From NCBI RefSeq assembly GCF_009914755.1, contig NC_060948.1: 64,000 nucleotides of DNA; one strand, 5' to 3'. Source of the DNA: the human T2T-CHM13v2.0 reference genome, Homo sapiens. The stretch's first letter is position 1, and each line of letters opens with the position of its first letter. Below, in pieces: positions 1 to 10,469 of this stretch. Under the pieces are notes generated by a model. It did no database searches and was not told the DNA's origin. It was given only the letters and a program-made list of their open reading frames with translations. Made by a program: the position numbers and the translations under genes.

Positions 1-479
1 TGTCACTTCCCAAACAATTAAAAATTCCCAATAGAAGAAGCATTAATTATATCAAAAAGTGGTGGACCAAGAAGGAACTATTAGCCTCATATCTCAAGAA
101 AGACTCCAGTCAAGGCCTAGGGACTACTCATGAAAAGAGTTTAATAGCCGACTCTCTCCCAGTGGATCTGGATTCCACCGGACTGTATCTTCACAGTAAG
201 GGTGAAACAGAAGCAAACCCATTCCTATTTCCAAGCTCAAGGAACTTTGGTCAAAGTTCTCTTGGAGCTGAGCAGAAGAAGGAGGCAAACAGAAAAGATT
301 TGTGTCCCTGAGAAGTCATGGCCACAGGCTGGCTATCACACAGATTGTCAAGCCAGTTCCATATTGCATGGGTATTACAGAAAATCTCAAAACATAAATT
401 TGTGTGTGGGTTGTCCCAGAGTAGCAGGATCTGGCAGAAGGAAATTTCCTTCTAACCCTCAAAGAATCCACATAAATCT

Positions 480-1450
480 TGTTACATTTGGGATTTTACG
501 ATTTGCTTCAGGAATGAGAATGGCCTTAATTTTCATATCTTTTTCTACACTCAGTTTATGGCTTGTTGGCGTCAAAGTTCTGCTTGCTTCACACAATGAG
601 TTTAGGATTTTCCCTTTTTTATTCTATAGAATTCTTCATATATATTGAAATGCTCTGCCTGGGGAAAAAAATCTGAGCCTAGCGTTTTATCTCTAGGAAG
701 AATCCTTTATTTCCTTGAACATTTATGAGACTATACAGATTATATATGTCTTCTTGTATCAATTTTACTAAGCTATATACATAGCTTATGTTTATATATT
801 ATATATATAAATGTAAGATACAAATATAAAAATTATGTATAAATATGAAAATATATATAGAAAGCGATATATATGTCTATATATATAGACAGATTATAAA
901 TATCTGTCTATTTGATCTAAGTTTTCAAATTTGTAGGTTAAGGTGTTAACGATATTTCCTTATTAGCTTCTTAATCTATGCTGTATCTATGGTTGTGTAC
1001 CTTTTAAATTCTTAGTTTTATCTATGTTTTCTCCCTTTTTTTCTAAACTTGACTGACGGTTGCATCATTTATTATATTTCTCCAACAAGCAAAGGTTAGC
1101 TTTGTATGTTTTACTAATTTTGTCTACATCATTATTCCCACACTTTAGTTTTTCAGAATTGATTCTGTTGTTTCTTTTCTAATTCTTTATTGAAATATCT
1201 AGTACATTAATTTTCAAGTTATTAGAGAAATATTTGTCTGTAAACTCCTATTGTAATATCACTTTTCTTGCTACTCACAGATTTAATCTTTAATATTGGC
1301 GGTATCATTGAGTTCTAAGTACATTTCAATTCCTAGTATGATAATCTATGAATTGCTGAGAAATAGTGTTTACAATTTTGTTGTTCTATTTCCACTTAAG
1401 TTTATTTTTACTTCTGCTAACTCAATTGAAAATTCTTTACTAATTTTTAA
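480..1450 (-). mobile_element. Old, degraded L1-like fragment with AT-rich low-complexity insert (repeated in each unit)
   Basis: T-rich plus strand with phrases resembling antisense L1 ORF2 (ttctatagaattc, tttccttattag, ttttatctatgttttctcccttttttt). Judged by eye only. Confidence 0.5.
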
Positions 1451-1454
1451 AATC

Positions 1455-1568
1455 CTTGAACCCAAGAGATGGAGGTTGCAGTGAGCTGAGATCAGGCCAC
1501 TGCATTCCAGACTGAGTGACAGAGTGGAACGAGATTTCAAAACAAAACAAAACAAAACAAAACAAAAC
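1455..1568 (+). mobile_element. Alu right-arm fragment with (AAAAC)n tail (also ~21766, ~42062, ~62344)
   Basis: cttgaaccc...ggaggttgcagtgagctgagatc..gccactgcattccag. Tail has 6/7/6/6 AAAAC units across the four copies. Confidence 0.9.
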
Positions 1569-3119
1569 AGTCACTGGAAAGATAATAAAATACATAAATG
1601 TGGGATGTAATATGTAATCGTGATAAAATAAACTGGATTTTTTGTGTAAGTTATACATATAAATGTAATGCCAAGACACTGATAAGACAACTCATGGTCT
1701 TATCTCAATACTTAGTGTCTTCATGTAACATATGTCCTTTAGGATAGTTATAGTCCGTTTTCTTTCCAGGAGAGACAGATGAGAATGCAGAAATGTTAAA
1801 GTGCAAGGGACGGAAGCTTCCAGCTGTGCCCACCTGTAACCTGACGTAGACAGTTCCACCGTTTGCTTCATTAATCATGCCAAAGGCTCTAATGCAAATG
1901 TGGTACAGAGTCACATGTTTTTGTATCTACATGATAGAAACTATAACTTCATCCCTATATAGAAGGGTATATAGCATATGCCTCAGTGATAAATATAAGT
2001 GAATCATTGATCAGTAGGAAACCATTTTAAAAGTCTTTCATAACAGAACAAAATCCCTGAAAACATTTTCTTCTCAATCTCTGAGTTTTCTTACACGGCT
2101 TATGAATCTCTAGCCATACTAAAGAGATAGTATGCTGCTCTTCCCACAAATTATTCATTGTATATAATTCCTGTAATCTAATAACAGTACCTTTACACCT
2201 CAGGGTTTAAAATGACTCCAACCTTTTTCTGTTTCTCCAATTAAAATAACTTTTTTAAGGTTTAATCTTCAGTAATTTTTTGTAGTAATATTTTTGAAGG
2301 TATTTGACCAGGATGATTTGCTTATATACCTACCTGACGTCTCCCTTTCTTCTGAATACATATTTTATTACCCACCTATTAGATCTAAGTTTAAGAAGTT
2401 GGAATAGGGATTTAAATCTAAATTCTACATTTGAATTTACAGGAGTCAGCGAGTCCGGGAAGTGCCTTTATGCACAGACCAATATCTGGCAATGGCACTA
2501 GGAGACAAATAAGCTTTACCAGTCTCAAAGCCCTGGCTACTACAGTGAATCCACCCTTCTCCTGGATCTTATCTACTTCAGCAAAAGAAGGCCACCCACT
2601 AAACCAGGCCCTTGTACTTTGGGTGGAAACTCCTAAGTCCTCTAGTCTCCTCAAACAGACAGCCAGGCTGCCAATTTCCACAATAATAATTTCTATAGCA
2701 CTGAGTCTTTGGTAGCCTTGTAACTATAGCTACTGATGCTACAGTCTGGTCCCTGTATGATAAAACACCAGAGCAACAGAAACAAAAATATTGACTGAAG
2801 CCTTCTAAAATCTCTCTAAATATACCTTCAATAAATATGGTTTTTTTTACAGAACGACTGCTTTCAGCTTCCTGAACTAACGCTTGGCCTTCGCTAGTTG
2901 TCACTGTTGAAATTGATTCAAAAGTGTACATTTAACATGAAAGTCAACACAGAATTTCATGTGTCAGCAACTAAAATTTTCAAAATGTTGCAAAATACAA
3001 ATGTGAAACTGTATTTGTGAAATTTACCATTCATTGAAATTATATTTTCATACCTACCCAGGCACAGAATTTTTTATAACTGTCTGCATGTTCTCCTCAT
3101 GTGGGGGAAAAGCAGCATC

Positions 3120-3227
3120 AGCAGGCAGAGGAATCCTTTGAAGCTGGAGGGAGAGGTTGCAGTGATCTGAGAGTTTGCCACTTGACTGCAGCCTGGATGA
3201 CACAGTGAGACTCCAACTGAAAAGAAA

Positions 3228-3260
<33 letters not shown>
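3120..3260 (+). mobile_element. Diverged Alu right-arm fragment ending in (CA)n; a second (CA)n lies at ~3330-3368
   Basis: ggcagaggaatcctttgaagctgg...gaggttgcagtgatctgag...gcagcctggatgacacagtgagactcc. CA lengths vary between units. Confidence 0.8.
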
Positions 3261-3262
<2 letters not shown>

Positions 3263-3327
3263 CCAAAATTGATAAGTAAAAAAAAAATCCATATTCGAAA
3301 ACATGCTCACAGGCTATCTCCCATATC

Positions 3328-3370
<43 letters not shown>

Positions 3371-4500
3371 TCCTTGAAAACGAAAGTTCCACAAGGGCAA
3401 AACAAGAAAACAAATTTAACACCCCCCAAAGAAAGTACAAAGAGTAACCTCAAAAGAACCGCAGGGGAAAACAATTCAAAATTTACAAGTATCTACCCTA
3501 AAAGAAGCTGAAAGTCCCTCAAAAACTTTCCAGAGGCCATGTCCTTGTATTACAAAAATGATCATAAAAACTGGCAGGAGTAGACGAATAGAAATGCATC
3601 TTAAAACTTGCTAAACCCTTCAAGTCTCCCATAAGAATTGTAATGGAAAATGGATCGGTCGGCAGCTTTTTCCATACAATTATGAACAAATTATATTTCT
3701 TCATACATAGATTTGTTTTTTCAATATTCTAAGGAATTAACTTTTATATTAATAGTAGGTGATGTAAGAAAGCAGGCCTTTATCAAGATAACTGACACTG
3801 GATGTCCATACCATTACTCAGGTGGGCCTTAATTCCCAGCCGGGTTCCCTCCCTGGACACACACTGAAGGTCCCCAGCCATTTGGCAATCTCTTCACATT
3901 CCCAGCCCTGGAGGTAGCCCTAAAATACATGTACCTGAAGAAAATAAAACATTGCCTCACACTGGAGCCCAGTGTGGTCCTCCAGATTCCGTGTGAGGTG
4001 GACTAACTTATATGGGAAGGCAGGGCAGCGGGAGTGAGGATGGCAGAGAGGATTACACATGTCAAGGCAGCCGGGGTCATGGAAACAAAACATGACTGGC
4101 CTGGGAGAAACACTGTGAAAGGACACAGACCTAGGTGGGCCTCAGGTGGACATCCTCGTGGAGAAAAAGGGGGCCCTGGTTGATCTCAAAATGAGCCCCA
4201 GGTGGTAGCAGGTCTTACCGCAGGGCAGGGAGCTGGCGAGTAATGATGAGACAGCTATCCCTTAAGCCCTGCTTGTCACCCACTGACTTTAGCCACATAT
4301 GCATCATAGTGGCTTAAGGTGCCCCGATCCTGAAATGTGGGTGTTACATGTCCCTGATGGGCCTCTCTCCCCCAACCCACGGATTGCCTGGGATTGCTCA
4401 CTGCAGTCTCCTCCCGGATCCTTGGGTTCTCCATGTGGGGCCCAGATCCAGGTCAAAAGGCCTCTCAGTTCCCAGCCCTTCCCAGCCCTAGGCTGCTCGC

Positions 4501-6725
4501 CTGGCCTCCTCTCTGTTCCGCCTCTAGGGCTGACCCTCTCTCCATGGGATAGAACTGCAATGGATTGAGCCATAGGCCCTGGCTGATGATCTAGGGGACT
4601 GCAGAAGTGGGTCCAGGACAGTTCAGGTGACAGTTCAAAGCCAATTCCCCAGAGACCAAGGAATGACCAGCTAGGTCCTTTCCCATGATGCCCCACGGCG
4701 AACCCCACCTCAGCAATCCTGCCAAAACCCGGGCAGTCATGTTCAGCCAAACAGCTGAATGAGCTCAGGTAGGAGGTGTACTGCCTGCAGCTGGAGGCTT
4801 GACCTTCGTGATCCCAGAACCGCTGGACTGCAGTGGAATGAGACACCCTGTAGCCTGCAGGGAGAGGAGTCAGGAAGGTTCATGCCAGTCCCACCCTCCC
4901 ACACACCAGCTCCCCTACCATGCTGGGAGGCATTCCTTACCGAGGATGCCAACACAGTGCTCCTTCATGATGATTTCACTGTGGAAATAAAGGTTGGGAT
5001 GAAAGGAAATCATCCTGCCACCGGTAACCGGGATGGCTGAGTTCCTCCACCTGCCGGATCAAGGAGAAAGAGGATGGATTCAATGGGACCATCTCAACTA
5101 GCCGGGCTGAGGTGGCCTACTAGCTGTAGTGAACCATGAGTTTCCCCTTCCCAGCTCTCCCACTGAGACAACCCTGGTCCCCAGGGGGACCTCAAACTGA
5201 CTCAGACACTGGACTCCTCCCACAGACCCAGGCTCCCCAGCCTGACCTGCAAATCCATCACGTAGCAAAGCAGGACTTCCGCATGCTTTCCGACCCACGC
5301 CGACATCTCGTGTGCCAAACAATCTACCTCTGCGCAAGAACTCTCCAGAGGATTGGGTGGGCAAGCCTCGTGACGCCTTGCAATTTCGCAAGAACACAGA
5401 CAATGTGGAACAGGGCCATCTCCCAGACATTTGGCCAGTCACCCTTCATTGTTGGCCCTCTATCTCTGTCTGGCGAGGAGGCAACGCCACAACTGTGGTG
5501 GTTTTTGGAGTGGGTGGACCCCGGCCAAGACGGCCTGGGCTGACCAGAGACGGGAGGCAGAAAAAGTGGGCAGGTGGTTGCAGCTGAGGGACGGGAGGGG
5601 CCGGGGGTGGTGTGAGGCGGCTGCTTCTCTGAGTTTCTGAGATGCAGGAGGCCTTTGTGTGCTGGGTGCTGGACATGCTCCGCTGATGTCCGGGTGTGTG
5701 GTGTCCTCTTATCCTAGTCTCCCTGAGGGGTGGGCCTGTCCACCTGAGGGAAGCCTTGTAGTTAGAAGCCACAGCAGGGTCGTGCCTGGCGCTCTCCAAG
5801 GGAATTGCGTGGGTCCAGAGGAAGTTATACAGGCTCAGGGCCTACACGCCTTTGAGTGCAGCGCCTGCAGTTGGATGAATGCGCATCTGCGGAGCTGGTG
5901 CCCGCCGTCAGGTGGTCGGCAGCCCCATGCGCCGCGAACCCGTCTTAAGCACCTTGCGTTTCTGGGGTGAGCCTGCTGGAAACAGGCACCGAGAGCAGGG
6001 GTGGTTCAATGGCTGGTAATGGCATACAGATTCCCCGTCCTCCAGGGACGTTCCCAGGGAAACGCGTCCTTCGAATTTGGGCTGTGCGCAAAGGGACCTT
6101 GGCGCCGCGATTCTCCCTTGTCAGTGCTGGCCCTGGCTCCCCTTCCCTACCACGTGCTCCCAGGGCTGCTACAAGCGAGCTGCCCTCACAGCTGCGGGAA
6201 CGTGGCCTCGGCTCCCACGCTGTCCCCCATCCCCTGCCTCCTGGCTGACCCCACGTGCCTCCCACCTGGCTCCTCCCCGCAAACAGCCCCCATACCCCCC
6301 GAGGCCCGATGACTATCCCCTGCTGCCCGCCATCCCAAATCGGCAGCCGCAAGGATATGGCTCTGGCTCACAAGGCGGAGATGCTCTGTGGCCTGGGGCA
6401 TTCACGGAGCCCAGCTCCAAGTGAAGGACCTCCAGCGAGTCCATTGACGGCCCCGGTGTGCTCGGTCCAGGGCCAGGCTGTGCCCGCTGGCCCTCCTTCT
6501 GCCACCCCACGTCGGGCTCCACCTCAACCACCACCTCCACCTCAGCCATGATGTCTTCCACCTTCAGCACCGCCTCCTCTTCCAAGGCCGCCTCCTTGCT
6601 CTGTACCCCGGCCGTCCTCTCCAGCATTGCCTCCAGCCTGAACACGGTTTTCTCCTGGGTGCTCCCACAGATCCTGGGCCTGCGCAGCCCAGCCCAGCCC
6701 AGCCCATGCCCCGCACCCGTAGGCT
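4501..6725 (-). pseudogene. FAM197Y: Inverted degenerate TSPY paralog, exons 1-5 (probable FAM197Y/CYorf16 unit), unit 1
   Basis: Minus-strand segments align to TSPY exons: e1 ~6725-6359 ([38 protein letters not shown]...VNA), e2 5323-5247, e3 5050-4941, e4 4854-4709 (YRVSHSTAVQ...RIAE), e5 4590-~4501 (IISQGLWLNPLQFY). There are frameshifts in e2 and e3. The gene symbol comes from my recollection of the antisense unit in this array. Confidence 0.85.
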
Positions 6726-8300
6726 CTGGGGGCCCGCTCCCCAGCAGACCCGCTCCCTGCAAGACCCACGGGCGTCGCCCTGCTGTGAACCTGGTCCCAC
6801 ACCTACGTGGACCCAGGTTTCCTGAGGAGCTCCGCTGGACCCGCAGATCCCGCACTGGCCAAAGGGCTCCGGTCCCCAGCAGGCTCAACTGCGCACAGGA
6901 GCTCGGGAGCCAGAGGCCCCGGCCCTGGGCTTGCAGAGCCCCACCAACAGGCACCGCAACCGCTGCTGCGGGTGCGGGAGCCTCTGGGTCGTCAAGGCAG
7001 CGCACAACAGCGTGCGTGCAGGCCGACAATGGCCAACCCTGGCGGCTGGCCTCTGGTGTGCCCAGGGCATAGGACAAGAGGCCCTTTGGAATGCTCCTTG
7101 GAGTACAGCATCCTCAGGGAGGAAGCATGGTACTCGGAGCCTCTATTTGCCTCGACCTGTGAGAGTGTGTGCCGGGGCTCTGGCCTCTACAGCAGATCAA
7201 TTCCACCTCAGCACCGGCAGGCGACTTTCCTCCCACGTGCCCGCCCCGATCACTTCCCCCAGGACACCCCTGCCGCCCTAGCCCCAGCAACCAGAGAGAG
7301 TTCTCTGCATCTGCTGTATTACCTCCGTACCATCTACCTGGCCTGCCTAACGAAGAGAGATGTTTCCTGTGTTCATGACACATAGAGATGTTCATGGCTT
7401 GCCACACTGAGGATGTCAGGGCACAGGGCTGCCATGCCCACAATTCCAAAGGCCACGCAGCCCGCGTGTGCCCGGATGCCTAGCTACCCGGCACAAGCTC
7501 CAAGGGCTTCTCGGAGGAGGCTTGGGCAGGGAAGGCGGGGGGTGGGGGGGCTGGAGATGCAGGCCCGCCAGTGGCTGTGCCGCCCAGGGAGACGCCCACC
7601 GCCCTCCCATTGACTGGCCACGACGGGAGGAAGTCGGCCTGGGTGCGGCCCCCCGGCCCTTCGCGCGCAGTCCCTTAGGGGGCGCCTGGAAGCCCGGCGC
7701 ATGCGCCCTGAGGGCTCGCTGACCTACCGGGTGCCAGAGAGGCTGCGGCAGGGTTTCTGTGGCGTGGGTCGGGCAGCACAGGCCTTGGTGTGTGCGAGTG
7801 CCAAGGAGGGCACCGCCTTCAGGATGGAGGCTGTACAGGAGGGGGCGGCCGGGGTGGAGAGTGAGCAGGCGGCTTTGGGGGAGGAGGCGGTGCTGCTGTT
7901 GGATGACATAATGGCGGAGGTGGAGGTGGTGGCGGAGGTGGAGGTGGTGGCGGAGGAGGAGGGCCTCGTGGAGCGGCGGGAGGAGGCCCAGCGGGCACAG
8001 CAGGCTGTGCCTGGCCCTGGGCCCATGACCCCAGAGTCTGCACTGGAGGAGCTGCTGGCCGTTCAGGTGGAGCTGGAGCCGGTTAATGCCCAAGCCAGGA
8101 AGGCCTTTTCTCGGCAGCGGGAAAAGATGGAGCGGAGGCGCAAGCCCCACCTAGACCGCAGAGGCGCCGTCATCCAGAGCGTCCCTGGCTTCTGGGCCAA
8201 TGTTGTATCCTTCTCAGTATTTCTTCGGCCTTTCTAGTGGAGAGGTGCTCTCGGGGAAGTGTAAGTGACCGATGGGCAGCTCGGCGTCGATGTGACTCTT
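5850..8300. promoter_or_regulatory. CpG island / divergent promoter region covering TSPY exon 1 and the inverted exon-1 paralog (also ~26170-28610 and ~46470-48900)
   Basis: Visibly GC- and CpG-rich compared with the AT-rich flanks. No obvious TATA box. GC boxes and GGAAGT lie near the ATG. Boundaries are approximate. Confidence 0.75.
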
Positions 8301-10281
8301 TGGGGAACAAAGGGGAGTTGCCACGGACCAGTGTGGCTGTGGAAAGCCGGAGCAGGCGTGGGTACTATTGTCCTGCATGCGGCAGAGAAACCCTTGGTGA
8401 TGCCGAGCAGCAGACGTTTGGGGCATCTTTTTGAAGAGCAGAAGCGAGTTCAGAGCGGAAGAGGTTTTTCAGTGAATGAAGCTATTTTTAAGGGAGTGTG
8501 ATTGCTGCCCCTTGCTAGTCCGATCTGGGACTGGGCGTCTTCGGCTATAAGCAGATTCTGCCACTCCTCAGACACCAGCAAGTCTCTGCAAATCGCGCCT
8601 CCCCATGTCAGTGCAGTCAGCCTCAGAATCATACACCCTCTGTGAACACAGGAGGCCTTAGTTTACGGGGACGGGGAGGCGAAAGGAGATCATACATGGA
8701 AGCAGATCTGAGAAATCCCCTACCCCAGCCTCTGGGTGCTCTTAGGCCTTCTTCCCTGTTGCTCCTCGCTTTCCCTTCCATCGTGTGTAAAGTCTCTTTG
8801 ACCTAAATCAGATTGCAAACCACCCCCAGATGTCAGCCCTGATCACTGACGAAGATGAAGACATGCTGAGCTACATGGTCAGCCTGGAGGTGAGGCCAGG
8901 AAGACTGGGGCTAGAGGGTTTAGCGGGGGAGGGTAAGGGAAATAATTCATTCCTGTAAGCAAGAGTGAGCACCTCACCCGAAAACCTATCTAAGCTTTCT
9001 CCACCTTGTCCTGACAGGTGGGAGAAGAGAAGCATCCTGTTCATCTCTGCAAGATCATGTTGTTCTTTCGGAGTAACCCCTACTTCCAGAATAAAGTGAT
9101 TACCAAGGAATATCTGGTGAACATCACAGGTGACAGGTGGCTCCCAGGATGGGTAGTGGGAGGAAGATGGTGGGTGGATCATTGCCAACGGGATCCAGCC
9201 CCCTTCCCACAAAAACTCCTGTCTCTGTAGAATACAGGGCTTCTCATTCCACTCCAATTGAGTGGTATCCGGATTATGAAGTGGAGGCCTATCGCCGCAG
9301 ACACCACAACAGCAGCCTTAACTTCTTCAACTGGTTCTCTGACCACAACTTCGCAGGATCTAACAAGATTGCTGAGGTGAGTCCTCACTGGGAAACATGA
9401 GGAATGACCCCGTGTGTTCCCAGCTGCTTGGGTCACCTTTCTGAGCCCTGATGAGGCCTTTCCCGATTGAGTCCCCTGACAGATCCTATGTAAGGACCTG
9501 TGGCGCAATCCCCTGCAATACTACAAGAGGATGAAGCCACCTGAAGAGGGAACAGAGACGTCAGGTGAGCCGTTAGTTGGCACTGGAGCTGTTTGATGCC
9601 CAGTATAAGGGGGTTGACACACCTGCCTATTCAGGGAGCCTGGGTGCTCATTTCAGAAATGTAGAAATTGAGGCTCCTTTCGTACATGTAGAAATTCCTT
9701 GAGAGGAAGACAGAGAGTGACAGAATCCAGGACGTTCATGGCATTGGGCTGAAAAGGCACGTTAGAGACTGCACTGCAAAGCGGGTGATAGCTGTGGAGT
9801 CTTAAGCCCAGTGAAGAATCGTCCATTTCCAGAATCAATGAGAAGTAAAGCTGAAAATCATTCAGTTCAGTCTGTGGCACTTGATTCCACGGCTGTCAAC
9901 CCCACCGGCAGTCATCCCACCAACCCCATGAGATTGGGCTCCCTGAATGTGCGTCCTGGTCATCCTTGCCCCAAACCACAAAGGACTGTTTAGATTGATG
10001 GATTTCCTTAAGCTGTTGCCCCATCAGACTTGTGTGTGCTTTTAGGGCCCAGTGCATCTTGTTAGCTGACTCCCCTCACAGACAATACTGGGAATGGGGC
10101 AGGGATTGCGCAGAACAGTTTGTAACACGTGGTAGGAGGAAGTTTAAGGGATCACAAATGGGGAAGGGATATCCTTTTCTCAGCGGGCCCCACAATTGAA
10201 ACATTTCAAAGTATGGCTCAGAGAAAATGCGTTTTAACATGAGTTTGTGTTTCTCTAGGGGACTCCCAGTTGTTGAGTTGA
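7701..10281 (+). CDS. TSPY: Testis-specific Y-encoded protein (SET/NAP family), copy 1, 314 aa; exons 7701-8204, 8812-8889, 9018-9129, 9231-9376, 9483-9564, 10259-10281
   Basis: Spliced by hand, all introns GT..AG, 945 nt open: [11 protein letters not shown]...PGFWANV|[10 protein letters not shown]...SLE|[10 protein letters not shown]...[17 protein letters not shown]...|...FFNWFSDH...IAE|[14 protein letters not shown]...|GDSQLLS*. It carries an extra EVEVVA. Confidence 0.97.
8205..8811 (+). other. TSPY intron 1, U12-type (minor spliceosome) GT-AG intron (also 28511-29117 and 48803-49409)
   Basis: Donor GTATCCTT. Branch-like TCTTTGAC with the A at 8801, 10 nt before the last intron base. No polypyrimidine tract between it and the AG. 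Confidence 0.8.
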
Positions 10282-10451
10282 ATATGATGGAGCATCAGAT
10301 TTTACCTAATACAGCAGAACTCCTAAAAAGTTACAGCCATATGCAGGACGGCAGTACTCAGCATGGTCTTATGCACAGGAACTAAAGGAAAAAGAGATCG
10401 AGTCACAAAAATTCAGGAAGAGGGGGTAAATGTGGATTGTATGGAATGAAA

Positions 10452-10457
10452 AATAAA
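10452..10457 (+). terminator. TSPY polyadenylation signal AATAAA (also ~30758 and ~51050)
   Basis: AATAAA ~170 nt after the stop codon, followed by a TG-rich downstream tract. Confidence 0.8.
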
Positions 10458-10469
10458 CATTCTCAAGGA

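Noticed and set aside
202-648. 148-aa ORF repeated in four units
   Set aside because: It has a GTG start, runs into L1-like sequence and has no recognisable family.
2418-2931. Minus-strand ORFs, one containing SGWPSF (MsrB-like motif)
   Set aside because: No other MsrB motifs are present. The 110-aa ORF is missing from the track in units 3 and 4, where the T-run is one base longer. Likely chance.
6458-8150. Long overlapping ORFs such as 6458..7072 (+), 6807..7385 (+), 7416..8150 (-) and the poly-Pro ORF 7819..8043 (-)
   Set aside because: They are shadow frames of GC-rich TSPY or TSPY-like exon 1. Their recurrence reflects array identity, not selection.
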